NCBI GenBank assembly: GCA_036785375.1
Contig: JAWMAR010000024.1
Coordinates: 930,001 to 994,000, forward strand
Direction of reading: 5' to 3'
DNA from: Leucoraja ocellata
Lineage: Eukaryota
DNA length: 64,000 bases
Shown here: in pieces, positions 12,542 through 24,480 of the stretch
Layout: every line of letters starts with the position of its first letter
How positions within the stretch are numbered: the first letter of the stretch is position 1
Translations under genes and position numbers: made by a program
The notes under the pieces: model-generated
Database searches by the model: none
The model's input: only the letters and a program-made list of their open reading frames with translations
What the model was told of the DNA's origin: nothing

Positions 12542-13424
12542 CAACCCCCCCCCCCCCCCCCCCCCCCCACGCCCCCCCGGCCCGTTGTTTGGGACTTTCA
12601 CCCGGGTTCTTGGCGAATGTGAGCTCATGTATATAAACAGTGACACCACACTGTGTGCGGTTGCTCACCCTCCAGCTCCAGTTCACGGCCCCGCTGCCTC
12701 GCTGCTGGTTTTTGGTGACCAGGCGTCGTGCGAAGGGAGGCGATCCTTGCCGCTTCGCCAATGGCCGGGGGATTGATGTCCGCCGCGGAGACCTGTTTAA
12801 TTGGGAGTGTGTCTTGTTTTGAAAGGGGGGCCCTTGAAATGAGCTCTTTCCAGATTGGATGATGACGATTCGGTGGATACCAATGAGCTTGCGCGCCAGT
12901 CTCTATTTATTTACTGGTCAGGGCGCAAGTACTTCTTTTACGCAGCGCCACCGGTCTGCGGTACAGACTCCACTTGGAAAAGATCGTGATCCTCGCTAGG
13001 ATGGAAGTCAATCTCTCCACCATCTCGGCTCTCTCCTTCCGTATACACATATAGACACATCTACCTTGGTCCCTCGCTCCATCTCCTGCCCTCTCTTTCT
13101 GTGTGTGAGTGCGTGTGTGTGTGTGTGCTGAAACATATAGAGCTTGCTCCACGCCGTGTCTGTGGGGTGAAGCAATGAGGGAAAACCTGGATGGTCAGGA
13201 TGGCGATGGATGTGCTAGACCCACAGACAGCGAGGAGCGGACCCCTCCCCGAGTCCAACGCCAGCGATCGCCTCTCCACCTGAACACAGCGAGCAGTCAG
13301 TCTCAGCATCTGCGCCTCCTGGAACACATCGTGGAGTGTCTCAGCCTTCCCCCCTCTATCTCTCTCTCTGCTGAAACAACCGGATCCCCCCGCCGACGCC
13401 GACGCCGCCGCCGCCAGTGGACCT

Positions 13425-13515
13425 TGTCTCTCTCGAATCTTTTTGCGGTCTGGGCTTGCTGTATGTAACTATGTAGCCAGGAAGCCCTTACCCCAAAAAG
13501 CATTTGCGGGAGACG
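13425..13515 (+). ncRNA. MIR129-2: miR-129 precursor (mir-129-2 type)
   Basis: miR-129-5p CTTTTTGCGGTCTGGGCTTGC at 13439-13459; miR-129-2-3p AAGCCCTTACCCCAAAAAGCAT at 13482-13503; hairpin arms pair; upstream of HSD17B12 as in human. Confidence 0.97.
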
Positions 13516-13912
13516 CTGTCATCGAGGATGTTCTGGGCGTGTGTGAGGATGGGGGGGGTGGAGAGGGGACGCTGTGGCTGGCAACTACGGGCGCCGCCGC
13601 CGCCGCCGCCGCTACTCTACGGGAGACCAGCCCCAGCCTCCGCTCGCCAGCCGTCTGCAGCCCGTCTCAGCAGCTCGCCGGGCACCCTAACTTCCCAGCA
13701 GCTCACACACGACCCCCCCCCCCCCCTCCCCCCATCTCTCAGCTACCCTGCCCAGAACTTCCCCATCCCTCAAGGTGGCACAGATAAGCCAATGGTCAAC
13801 AAATCAGCCAGGCGCCGCCAGAAAGGAGAACGGACTTTTTAAACAAGAGGGAACAAAAAGTTTCTTTTTTCTCTCTCTTTCGCAGGAACATCAGTTCTTC
13901 CCAAATAGCGTC

Positions 13913-13962
13913 AATAAACAGTTCATTCACAGTCTGCCGCTGACGAGCTGTGTGTGTGTGTG
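13913..13962 (+). terminator. Probable polyadenylation signal of pri-miR-129
   Basis: AATAAA 13913-13918 followed ~30 nt later by a (TG)n downstream element, ~400 nt 3' of the hairpin. Confidence 0.5.
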
Positions 13963-14972
13963 AACGAGTCGGACAAAATGGCTGTAAAAAGCCCACATTC
14001 AAAACGTAGCGATATAGCGAACTCCGACAGTGTTTGCAGTTTTAGTTCATTGCTTAATCAAGATAAAGGGGAAAGCCAAAATACATAAGGAAATGGTGCA
14101 AAAGTTCGAAACTTTTCCAATAAATGATGACCCAAGGAGTGTATGCCACTGTTCGCGGCAATGTGCACGGCTGGGCTGTACAATTCCCGTCGTAGTTCAG
14201 CCGTATCTCTTTTATTTAAAAAAAAAACTCATTTGTAATTGTAAAGCTTCGCTTCATTGGGTTAGATCGTCTCCCAAAGCGGCCTTACTGTTAAAATAAA
14301 GAGATGGTTAGGCTGGCACGGTTCAGCGAAAGCAAAGATCGAGACGATGCCTGCTACTCACTACACGAGCCCTGAAGCTTCGAGGGTTGCTGTAGATTAT
14401 AGCAATAATAGAGGCGGCTTGCACCGTGCAAAATTTGACACCTTAAGAGGTCCGTGTATGTACATCGTGAGTGTATGGTACAGGGAGCGTTGTAGTGAGA
14501 CAAGTTCCATTTTAATTACTTGGGGAGTTGAATAGGGGAATTTAAAAAAAAGTGAAATGCTATTAGACTTAAAGAGACCAATTCTGTTCTTTTAGTATAA
14601 GACTGGAAAATCGGACAGCACGTGTATAAGGGGTATCGTTCTATCTATTTCTAATTTAAATGATGTCTAAATAGTACATTATTTAATGCTGAAAATCGAT
14701 ATTGCCTATCTTGCTGTGAAGCCTTTGTTGAAGTTCAAGAATGTTACTTGAATGAGACATTAAAGGTTGAGTAAATAGTCCTTCAGTAAGTACCAGAGTA
14801 GGAGGTTTTGAATGTACACAGGGACTAATAAATGGTGAGTTTGGATGAGGGCAATAAAGCAACATTATGTATGTGGGTTATTTTTGTGAGACCTAGTGGA
14901 AGTTTATAGTGAAGATGACCACTGACAGATCAGCTGTATGTTTGAGGTAACAACAACCTACACTGTACAGTG

Positions 14973-15159
14973 TTTAAGAAGGAACTGCAGATGCTGGAAA
15001 ATCGAAGGTACACAAAAAAGCTGGGGAAACTCAGCAGGTGCAGCAGCATCTATGGAGCGAAGGAGATAGGCAACGTTTCGGGCCGAAACGTTGCCTATCT
15101 CCTTCGCTCCATAGATGCTGCTGCACCTGCTGAGTTTCCCCAGCTTTTTTGTGTACCTT
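14973..15159. mobile_element. Penelope-derived palindromic element
   Basis: Near-perfect inverted repeat centred on GTTTCGGGCCGAAAC; same arms as 48036-48729; direct repeat CACTGTACAGTG at 14961-14972 and 15160-15171. Confidence 0.9.
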
Positions 15160-15371
15160 CACTGTACAGTGATGTTTTATGTGACACGCCATCCTCTATC
15201 GGACCAATTAGCACCCATTTAAAACGATTAAACGAGTTTGTCGTCCTTCCACTTCCCCATAACAAAGCTAACCAGTACAGATTCTGACTTCTGACTGAAC
15301 CAATATAGATCCTGGTGTCCTCGGCAGTTTTAACTTACAGTAAGCATAGATACAAGAATTACAATAGATGC

Positions 15372-15583
15372 AAGAAGCTGGAATATCTCAGCGGGTCTGA
15401 GAGCATCTCTGGAGAAAAGGAATAGGTAACAGAATCAGTCTGAAGAAGGGTCTCGACCCGAAACGTCACCTATTCCTTTTCTCCAGAGATGCTGTCTGAC
15501 CCGCTGAGTTACTCCAGCTTTTTGTGTCTATTTTCGGTTTAAACCAGCATCTGCTTCGATTTAAACCAGTTCCTTCCTAAACA
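15372..15583. mobile_element. Penelope-derived inverted-repeat element with intact minimal hammerhead core
   Basis: CTGAAGA-A-GGGT-CTCG-ACCC-GAA-ACGT-C at 15440-15467; left arm is the inverted copy of the right arm. Confidence 0.85.
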
Positions 15584-16234
15584 CGACTTGTAATGTTTTG
15601 TTGATTTGATTCTAAAAAGGGGAAAATAACTGAAAACCATATCAAGGAAGTGATTTAAGTAATACAGAAAAGGCAGAGTAATATGAAAGCAAAATGTTTT
15701 ATTCCTTGCATACCCATCTCAAGCTAAAATTATCTAGTTTACAAACTTGCAACTTCCACACCAATTATGAAGGTATTATGTAAGAAGTAATGGACTTACG
15801 TCTTAGTATATCAATGCACAAAACAACCAGTTTATAGCACATTTCAGAAGGGCATCACGAGGATGTGTTGTAACTGTATGTAGATTGAAGTAATTGCAAA
15901 CAAAGGTACTAATGTAGGTTTGTATCTAATAATAAATATATATTTACTTTGAACCACATATAGTAGGAATGTTTATTCTAGAAAAGGCATTTGCCAATTT
16001 CACTGAATAATTTTGATGTCCTTTCTATTTAGAATTTCTTATCCTCATGTACATCACCCACTCTCATGCTGCCAGGGATAGTACCCTGGCCAGTAATTAT
16101 ATTGTCTTCCATAGATGCCACATTGCCTTTTATTTTTCTTGCTTGAATGTCCTTCTGTCCAATAACGATTTTTACGTGGTTTGCTCATCATCTCTCCAGT
16201 GCTTTTTTTTCAGCCATGCTCATATATTTTCACA

Positions 16235-16545
16235 CAGCATAGGAAGCCATTGGGCCCATCAAGTCTATGTTGGTTCTCAGAGTAATCCCATCAATTCTAT
16301 TTCACCGCTTGTTTTCCTGCAACCTATTCTCCCTCACACACCCATTAAGCCTGATTTTCCTATTCATTCAAATACACGAGGCATAGTTTGGATTAACCGA
16401 TTACCCCAACCAGACAGCAATTCTTTGTGATGTGGGAAAAAGCCAGAGCTGCCTTTCTGGAAACCCACACAGAGAAGTGCAAACTCCACGAGGTCAAAAT
16501 TGAACCCGGGTCAATTGAGTTGTGAAGCACTAGCACTAGCAGGAT
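16235..16545 (-). mobile_element. Degraded tRNA-derived SINE (HE1-like)
   Basis: Reverse B-box-like ttgaacccggg near 16500; CR1-like tail at the left end; similar to 51860-52145. Confidence 0.6.
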
Positions 16546-18430
16546 AAGTTAAGAGGTGAAGCTCCTTTAACACAAATTTTTGTATATATATATATATCTA
16601 TATATGTGACCAATTTGAACTCAATCTATCCTGACCACGAATCAGATCTATAGTATTTAACCTGAGAATCAGTGACTTACTTATGGAACACAGTATCTCG
16701 GTGTATTACAGTATCTGAAGCTCGGAATCCAGCACATCGGTTCTAAGCCAAATATCCCCAGGTTGCAGTTACAGTCTGGGTATGTTGTTGCACAAACCTT
16801 ACCACTCTCCACACAGTTACTGAAACAACAGTTCACTTGCTCTGCCATCTCTATTTTATTTTAACGTTTTATTTATTTAGATCATTAGTATCATTAGTAT
16901 TCTTAAGATTTGGAATATTATCATTACATTTTCTATATGCACTTTAGTTTTTAATCTGGTTAGTAATCTTGTATGCATTACTAACTCCAGTTATGTACTT
17001 TTAGATCTTTACTGCAGTTTAGGCCACATCTCATGGGTTCGTATTCAAAACTACAGCAAAAGCAACATTAAAATTAACCTCCATTTTCTTTCAGGTGATT
17101 CGGGGCTTATATTTCAGAACTGAAATGTCAACCATGTGATCTGAGGTAAACAAGTGGTTCGGAGAGGTGAGATGAGAGTGGATGATAGGGGGAAGGAATT
17201 CTAAATTGAAAGAATGTTAATATTATATTCAGTGCTATTGTAAACGGGTCTCTTGGTGTGCATAGTGTGCATAAGCAGCAAATGCGGACCGATCCTCCAG
17301 AACATTAATGTAGTTGGTGGAACTATGTCAACTAAAAAGGCTTGGATTTTAGGCCTTCTATATTTAAAAATGCACCATTTGGACAATCTAGCAATTATTA
17401 TTAGAATTACTTTTTTTCTACACAACAAATATGTTCTCATAACATAATTTCATTTTCTTACTGTACATGTATCATATTTACAACGTCTAAACACCCCAGA
17501 TTAAACTTGTGTTTTTTAAATTAATGAATTTATACTCTCGGACAACATGGTTATTTTCAATATTCAAGCTCATATTATTGGTAGAACTTAAACTTTAGTG
17601 ATCCATTAGAAAATAACTTGATTTTTAAAAATATATTAATCACAGAAAAACTTGTAATCTATCAGAGTAATTAAATCATCTTTCTTCTCGGAAATAAATG
17701 TGTAGCCAACATTATACTGGAAGATTTTTTAAGTTCTGAAGAATTTTCTATGTTTCATTTGTGCTACGCCCCTGTAAACAATAACTTTATAACCTAGTAT
17801 TATCTCTGCAGGCACACAGGCTATCTTTGCAACGTTCTGTTTTATTATTTAACCTACAGATGGTGTACACATATTTAAAAAGTCAAGATATCTGGAAGCG
17901 AATTAGTGTTGAAAACATTATATTTTTAAAATTGAAGAAACTTGTACTGAAGAAATTATAATTTCACAGAATCCAATGACAAAATCCAATGTCGTAAGAA
18001 ACATAATATGGGTCAAACCTTTGCAGACATTTAAGTTTGTTTAATTAGTTTGACGTATAGTATGTTCACTAAATTATTCCTTTTTACTCCGTGTAATCAA
18101 TAAATCACCATGGGAAAATTATTATATTCTCTGTTGGTTGATCAAATAATAAAAATAACAGACTTTAGAGACATTTCATATATGATGAAGATTATGGCAT
18201 AACTGTCTAGTTTCGGCTTTCTTGGTGAAGTAGCTCCACATTTAAGGTTAATGTTTTATAATACCTTATGCTATTTTAGGACTTTTGCACACATTGGACC
18301 ATAAAACTTTATATTAATATTTTGCACGTTTGTACCCAATGAATCAGACCAACAGTTTGTTGAAAATAGTGGTGCAGTATATTTAATGCTCAATGAACCC
18401 AAGATCATTGCAAGAATCTATAATCCAACA

Positions 18431-18538
18431 CTGGTTTATACGTAAAATTGACACCAAATGCTGGACAAACAGCGGGTCAGACGGCATCGCTGGAGAAAAG
18501 ATATAGCTGATGTTTCGGTTCGAGACCCTTCTTCAGAC
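18431..18538 (-). mobile_element. Penelope-derived terminal fragment
   Basis: gtttcggttcgagacccttcttcagac is the reverse complement of the family hammerhead core. Confidence 0.75.
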
Positions 18539-19047
18539 ATTTTTCAGGTTTCTACAGTATTATTTGCCATGTCATGATCACGCCACATTTCTATGTGCAA
18601 AATAATTCAGCAATTGTATCAATTGAGACTAATTCTTCATAAAGTTATGAACAATTGTAGAAATGCCCCTCTGAAGACAGATTAATGAAACAATCTCAGG
18701 AATTCATGTTCAAATCAACCAGGCTTAAAATAAATACAGCTCTCTTGTGTCATTATGTCAAACATTATAATTTTCCATGCATTTTTGTTGAAAAGAGGTT
18801 CGAACTGAAATTTTGGAATTCATCTTCTAAAAACCAAGTAAAGGTTTCTGGAAGTCATTTTGTTTAGCTCTGAAGTTTTAAAGTTAAAATTATCTTTAAA
18901 AATTGTTTCTCTTTCCTATTAGCTACTATATTTATTTTTATCTCCATGCAGTATATGTTCATATGTATCCTGCTTCTGAAATTTGGTCAGATAAGGTTAA
19001 GACTTATATTAACATAGAGAATAAACGTCATACTTGCACAGAATGTG

Positions 19048-19295
19048 CGGCACAGTGGAGCAGGTGATATCTGTGTGGTCTTTACACATGTGTTTCCACT
19101 CACATCCTAAGGACGTGTGAGTTTGCCGGTTAATTGCCCTCTGTAAAAAAATTCCCCCTAATGTTTAGTGAGTGAATGAAAAACTGGGTATCATAGAACT
19201 AGTGTGAATGGGTGATCGATGGCTGGTATAGACTCAGTGGGCCGAAAGGCTGATTTCCACAGTGTACCTCTAAACTAAACTAAACTAAACTAAAC
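19048..19295 (+). mobile_element. tRNA-derived SINE (HE1-like) with (CTAAA)n tail
   Basis: GGCACAGTGG head, CR1-like 3' tail gggccgaa...tttcc, and ctaaa repeats. Confidence 0.75.
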
Positions 19296-19426
19296 ACAGA
19301 AATTGTGACAACATTAGAATCAAAATGTTCCTTGGAAGGAATCAGGTAAGAACAGATATATGATACAGATTATTTTGTGTAGTTTCTATTCTAAATGTCC
19401 TGCAGACACCAACTGACACATTGTAG

Positions 19427-19627
19427 ACACAAGAATATGCAGATGCTGATTTACAAAAAAAGACACAAAGTGCTGGAGTAACTCAGCGAGTTGGGCAACT
19501 TCTCTCGAGAACATGGATAGGTGACGTTTTTGGTCTGGTCTAAAGATGGGTCCCGACCCGAAACGTCACCTATCCATTTTCTCCAGAGATGTTGCTTGAC
19601 CCACTGAGTTATCCGGCACTTTGTGTT
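19427..19627. mobile_element. Penelope-derived inverted-repeat element (third subfamily)
   Basis: Inverted arms; GGGT-CCCG-ACCC-GAAACGTC core; related to 37578-37750. Confidence 0.8.
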
Positions 19628-22502
19628 ACTTACAATGCTGCTCTAGGATACATTTTAAAAGATTTTATAACTTTAAAACTAATGACACGTTTACTTCAAA
19701 AAACATTTTCTCTGACAGTAACTGGTATTTTACGGAATGAGCCTGTATGTTAACTACTTTTGGATCCTTGGATGAACAGAAATGATGATAGAGAGATAGT
19801 TTTGCAATCTAACCACTATGCACAGTTGAAAAAGGTAAATCATATTTTGAGGAATAGAATCCTACAACTCTTTTCCTTTTTTATCTACACACACTACACT
19901 TTCCTTATTCTTTACTATCTCCCCCCTTATTTTTTCTTATTTCTCTCTTTAAAAAATAAAAAATGAAGTTGTACAGAGAATGTATTCTGTTAACATATAT
20001 TAGGCACCTGTAAAAACGTACCACTGTATTGTACTTCTAATAAAATATATATTTTTTAAAGAATCCTACAGCTCCACAACTAAACGTTTCCCTTTCTTGT
20101 TATAAAAAGCACAATTGAGTGATTAATGATGAAAACAAATATGATAGACTTTAAGAAAGGTCAAGGGAGTATACGATTTATGCCAGAGCATTGAAATGTG
20201 GAGTAAATTTGCTTTCTGAGCTGCAAATATAAACGTTAAAATTTGTAGATCCTGTAAAGTAACTGTTTTGCTTTATAGGTTTCCACAACTCTTATTTTGG
20301 GTGGAGTAGCGAATCTTTAATATAAATCCAATTGTTATCAGTACCCAATAATATCTATGCTGTTTATGTCGAAAAACATATTTGTCATTTTTCCCTTAAA
20401 ATAAAAAAGAATTAACTCTTTACAAGATTCAATGAACTAGCTATTCACCGAGGATATATTACCATGATGTTACGATATATTACAAATGATGATTGAGTAC
20501 CACACACACATTCCAAACAGAATGGTAGATTGCCGTAAATCGTGAACGATCTAGGTGAAAAAGAAATAAAAGTATTTAAAAATACCCAGAACATTACTTA
20601 AAAGTTGCATATTAGTAACATTCTTGCAGGTAAGAAGTGTTAGAGTGACGGTACCTAAATGACAAGGTCTTGAAACATTGATTCTGGACGTCAGATACTG
20701 ACGTAGGCAAGGGAGTTGGGGGATGCAGGGTGGGGTTGAGGTAGTGCAAGACTGAAGGAAGAGACCACAATAAAAATTAGACCAGAATTCTTCCCTTCCC
20801 AGATAGTACTTGCCACAATCCATCTTTAACCAAATTGAATGCAATAACTGACGTAATTTGAAAGAGAATCCCAAATAAATAATATCTGGGACAATCAGCA
20901 ATAACATTGATAGTAATTCATAATTGCTCTTAAGTTGTATAAGAAATTATGAAGTAGTTCGACTTAACCATTTGGCTGATCATTTATAAAGACTGGGAAT
21001 AAATATGTTTTGGGGGGTATTTTTCTACATTTCAAACAAGTGATTTAGTGAGAAACACCTATGTAATGAAGGCAGGTGAGAGCAATTGACTGTAATATTT
21101 GTTGATTGCTTGCTAGGGCACAAGCATATCATTTTTTTTGTACTATGTTCTTCATGGAAATGCCATTCCGAAGTATTTATTCCAAGTGATGTGAAATAGC
21201 ATTGTACCTTTTCTGAAAAGAAACAAAGAAAGTAGGAAAGGTTATGATCTAGAATTAATAGAATAAGTTCATTGAGAATGTATTTTTATGTTTTGGTCAA
21301 ATGTCTATAAGAAGGGATGGAAGATACCATTGAATTGAGCTGGCTTTTTCTATTTAAATCCATTTGTCTTAATTTACTGCTAGATGTTGTAAATAAATGG
21401 ACTTTCAATTCTTAAAACAACCAATTTTGCATAACATAATGTAATTACCTTTGTAAATCCATGAGCAAATTGTAGTTTATGACAAGATTGTTATTCATTT
21501 TAACCCCATAAAGGCACTTAAACTATATTCATTTGCTAATACCCACCATGTGATTTATTTTTACATCGGCGATGATAAATGGTTTAAAAAAAAAGGTCAT
21601 AGAAAGATCTATCATAAAACTCAGATATTCTCGCTGTTCTGTGAATACTTTTCTAATTTTTTTCTTAGCTTGTTACCAATTGAACTTTTTTTTCTAGGTC
21701 AGAAAAGAGAATCTATTTAGGAAAGCTATGGAGAGACTAGGCATTCGAATTGTTTCTTTTTTAGGTGAAACAAATGTCTGTTACCTGATGAAGATGATAT
21801 TTTCAAGTTAAATAAATGGTACTAAGGAAATTAATGCCACAAACCCGTTATTGTGATCCTCACCTGAATATAACATGAAACCTACAATAAATTGTGTGCT
21901 TTGAAAATTCTGCTCCTGGAATTTTAGAATGATTTGCCTAAAAAGGTTGAGATTAAATGTTTTGAAGGAATAATTTCATAGTTTTAAATTGAATAATTTG
22001 TATTAACATGCTGTGAAAGAAATGTGTATACATAACACCTTCAGATAAAGTTTGTTTACCTTAAAGTCGTGCCTAAAGTGTCAGTAACAATACATTTAAG
22101 GTTAATTCTTCACTTATTATTAAAAACATTAGCACTAAAATAAGAGAAAATATTGCATGTGTATTGCAGTAATATTGTTGTGTGAGTTTTGCATGATTTA
22201 TATAGATTTAGTTTTAAAGTGATTTTATCTGAAAACTTAGGGAAGAAATTGCTTTACATGATCTGTTTATAAATTATATTGAGCAGGAAAATAGCAGACG
22301 TATATTTTTTCACCTAATTTTGAATTAAGTAATTTAGAATGCAGATACACTGCATTAGGGTGTTCATGAATGAGGGAAATGTACAATGAACTTGAGTCTT
22401 GTTCCTCATTGTGGATCTTTTATTATTTTCCACTGAGAAAGTTGAGAGGACAAATCTATAATTTCACCTTCCCTACTGCCAAACGACCTTCTGCTGTTCA
22501 CC

Positions 22503-22605
22503 ATAGAAACATAGAAAATAGGTGCAGGAGTAGGCCATTTGGCCCTTCGAGCCAGCACCACCATTCAATATGATCATGGTTGATCATCCAAAATCAGAAC
22601 CCCAT
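22503..22605 (-). mobile_element. CR1 LINE extreme 3' fragment
   Basis: Same sequence as 2803-2900. Confidence 0.8.
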
Positions 22606-22669
22606 CTTGGGTAAATTATAGAACGAACACTTGGACTAGACAGCGGCCAATTGCTGCAGCCCATTGAAC

Positions 22670-24480
22670 TAGTTTTTCAGCCAATTTTGATGACTTAAAG
22701 GAACAAAGATGAAAAGTAGGAAAAAAATTGAAAGAGGGAATATTGATATCTGTGTCATAAGTTTGTTCTGTTTCTTAGGCAATCGCTCACGACCAAGGAT
22801 GACTTGCTTCCTCTTCGGCTCCGTGGTTTTCAGGATGACTGATAAGGTAAACCATGAGCTTTGTGACAGTTGTGACGTCTTGACCTGCAAACACTCTTTG
22901 ATCCTGATAGACAATGGCAATGATGGGGCACTGAAAATAATGGTAAATCCCATCATAAATGGCTGTCTTTAAACAGTACATCAATGTCTTCAAGTAATGG
23001 GAGGCAATTTGTGGTTTCTGGGGTCTCAGTTTGGTGGATCTTTGTTTTGGAGATTGGTGTTGTGGCAATGGGAATAGATTGGGATATTGGCTCATGGTCT
23101 ACTGGGCAGCTGTGATCCTTGTTCACCTGCAAATGTCTGACAGAACGTGCTTACAACAAGCAGTGCAGAGCACTGGAGAGGTATGGGCAATGTTCTCGGC
23201 ACAAGATCTTCTACATCTACTCACAGGACCAAACCTACATCAGCCAAGCCAACAAGCCTAGCACTGAAACTCTAATTATACTCTGTCCACTCGAAATGCA
23301 GATCATATCATTTGTTTTGCAGACATGAAGCATAAGGTCTACTCTTTCATGCACTTCCATGAATGAGTCAACAATCACTTGGAGCTCAGTCTCCAAATGT
23401 GCACACATGCAAGCATCCTCTGAATATTGCTGTAAGAAGTTGGGTTGGCAATGGTTTTGGAGTGGAGACGTCATAGGGATTGAACTGTATCCAATGTACC
23501 ATGTAGATTAACTCCTCTCCAGCAGGAATTTTATATGGAAGTTAGGTGCAACCTTTCTGCAAGAAAGATTGGGACAAGTGCTGGAGAAATGTCACACTGA
23601 GCACTGAGCTTGAGTTTTTTGTAGATGATTATGACTTGCATCCTATCATGAAGCAAATGTAAAATTACACATTTCTGTAGCCTATTAGATTTGTAAAGGA
23701 TGTTTCACAGGCCTCTTAACTGATGGAATAAGAGGCTCTTGGGAGGTCAGATGGGCCCTTATAGTATTTTTCTTGGAGTTGGGGTGCAGGGTGAATATTA
23801 TATCCACCGTAGCGTTAGCTAGATGAATCTATACTATGATTTGAGGGGCAACTCTTCTGCCGCAGATAGGATGCACTTAGGAAAATCCAATGATGACTTT
23901 CCCTGTGTTAGAGAGTAGAGGGACCTCTCTTTGGGTTCTATGGGTAGATTTGTCTCTTTGCTTGACAGTGGTCATGTTACAGCACATCCAAGGTCTCTGG
24001 TATGCCCTGCTCTTCCCAGTGGTGAATTTATGACTGATTTTCATTTGCACCACTTTTTCAAACTTCAGCAGGATACAGTCAACTCGTGAAGTCTGTTCCC
24101 AAGGTCTTGTTGATCATGGCTGTACCAGGTAGTTTGCAATAAAAATTGAGTCAAAGATGCTTATGTCAAGAGCTGAGTCATGTTCAAGAATTGCCACTGA
24201 TAGTCTCTCAGACCTTGAGAAATTCACCTCCATTCTTGGTTCTCAGTGAAGATCACCCTTGTGTGTTTGCGCAGTAAATGGCCGTAACAGCAAGAAGATC
24301 CCAGGTTTTTCCAGGTTATCGGTGAATTGCTATGTCCTGCACTTCCTTTTCACCCATCATTATATTCATGGGTTTTATGTTGGATCTTGACCTTCAGTCT
24401 ACCCACAGAGCTATTTATTTTCCTTTGGGCTATGGTGGGCCTTGCATGAAAATTGTCATGAACTCCCAACAAAATGTATG
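22670..24480 (-). mobile_element. Degraded RTE-clade LINE reverse transcriptase fragment
   Basis: ORF 23235-23474 LQQYSEDACMCAHLETELQVIVDSF...LMLHVCKT resembles the RTE RT segment LQYADD...H.E..LQ......GL..N..KT; extent approximate. Confidence 0.6.

Noticed and set aside
12858-12870. ATGATGA box-C-like motif suggesting a C/D snoRNA
   Set aside because: No well-placed D box (CTGA) with a terminal stem
12907-13503. Overlapping ORFs around miR-129 on both strands, including the Arg-repeat ORF 13109-13468
   Set aside because: Explained by GC richness and GCC/GT repeats; they overlap the miRNA hairpin and show no recognisable homology
14973-15159. Palindromic repeat read as a MITE or pre-miRNA
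   Set aside because: Arms are asymmetric in length, TSDs are long and variable, and the same arms flank a Penelope GIY-YIG ORF at 48036-48729
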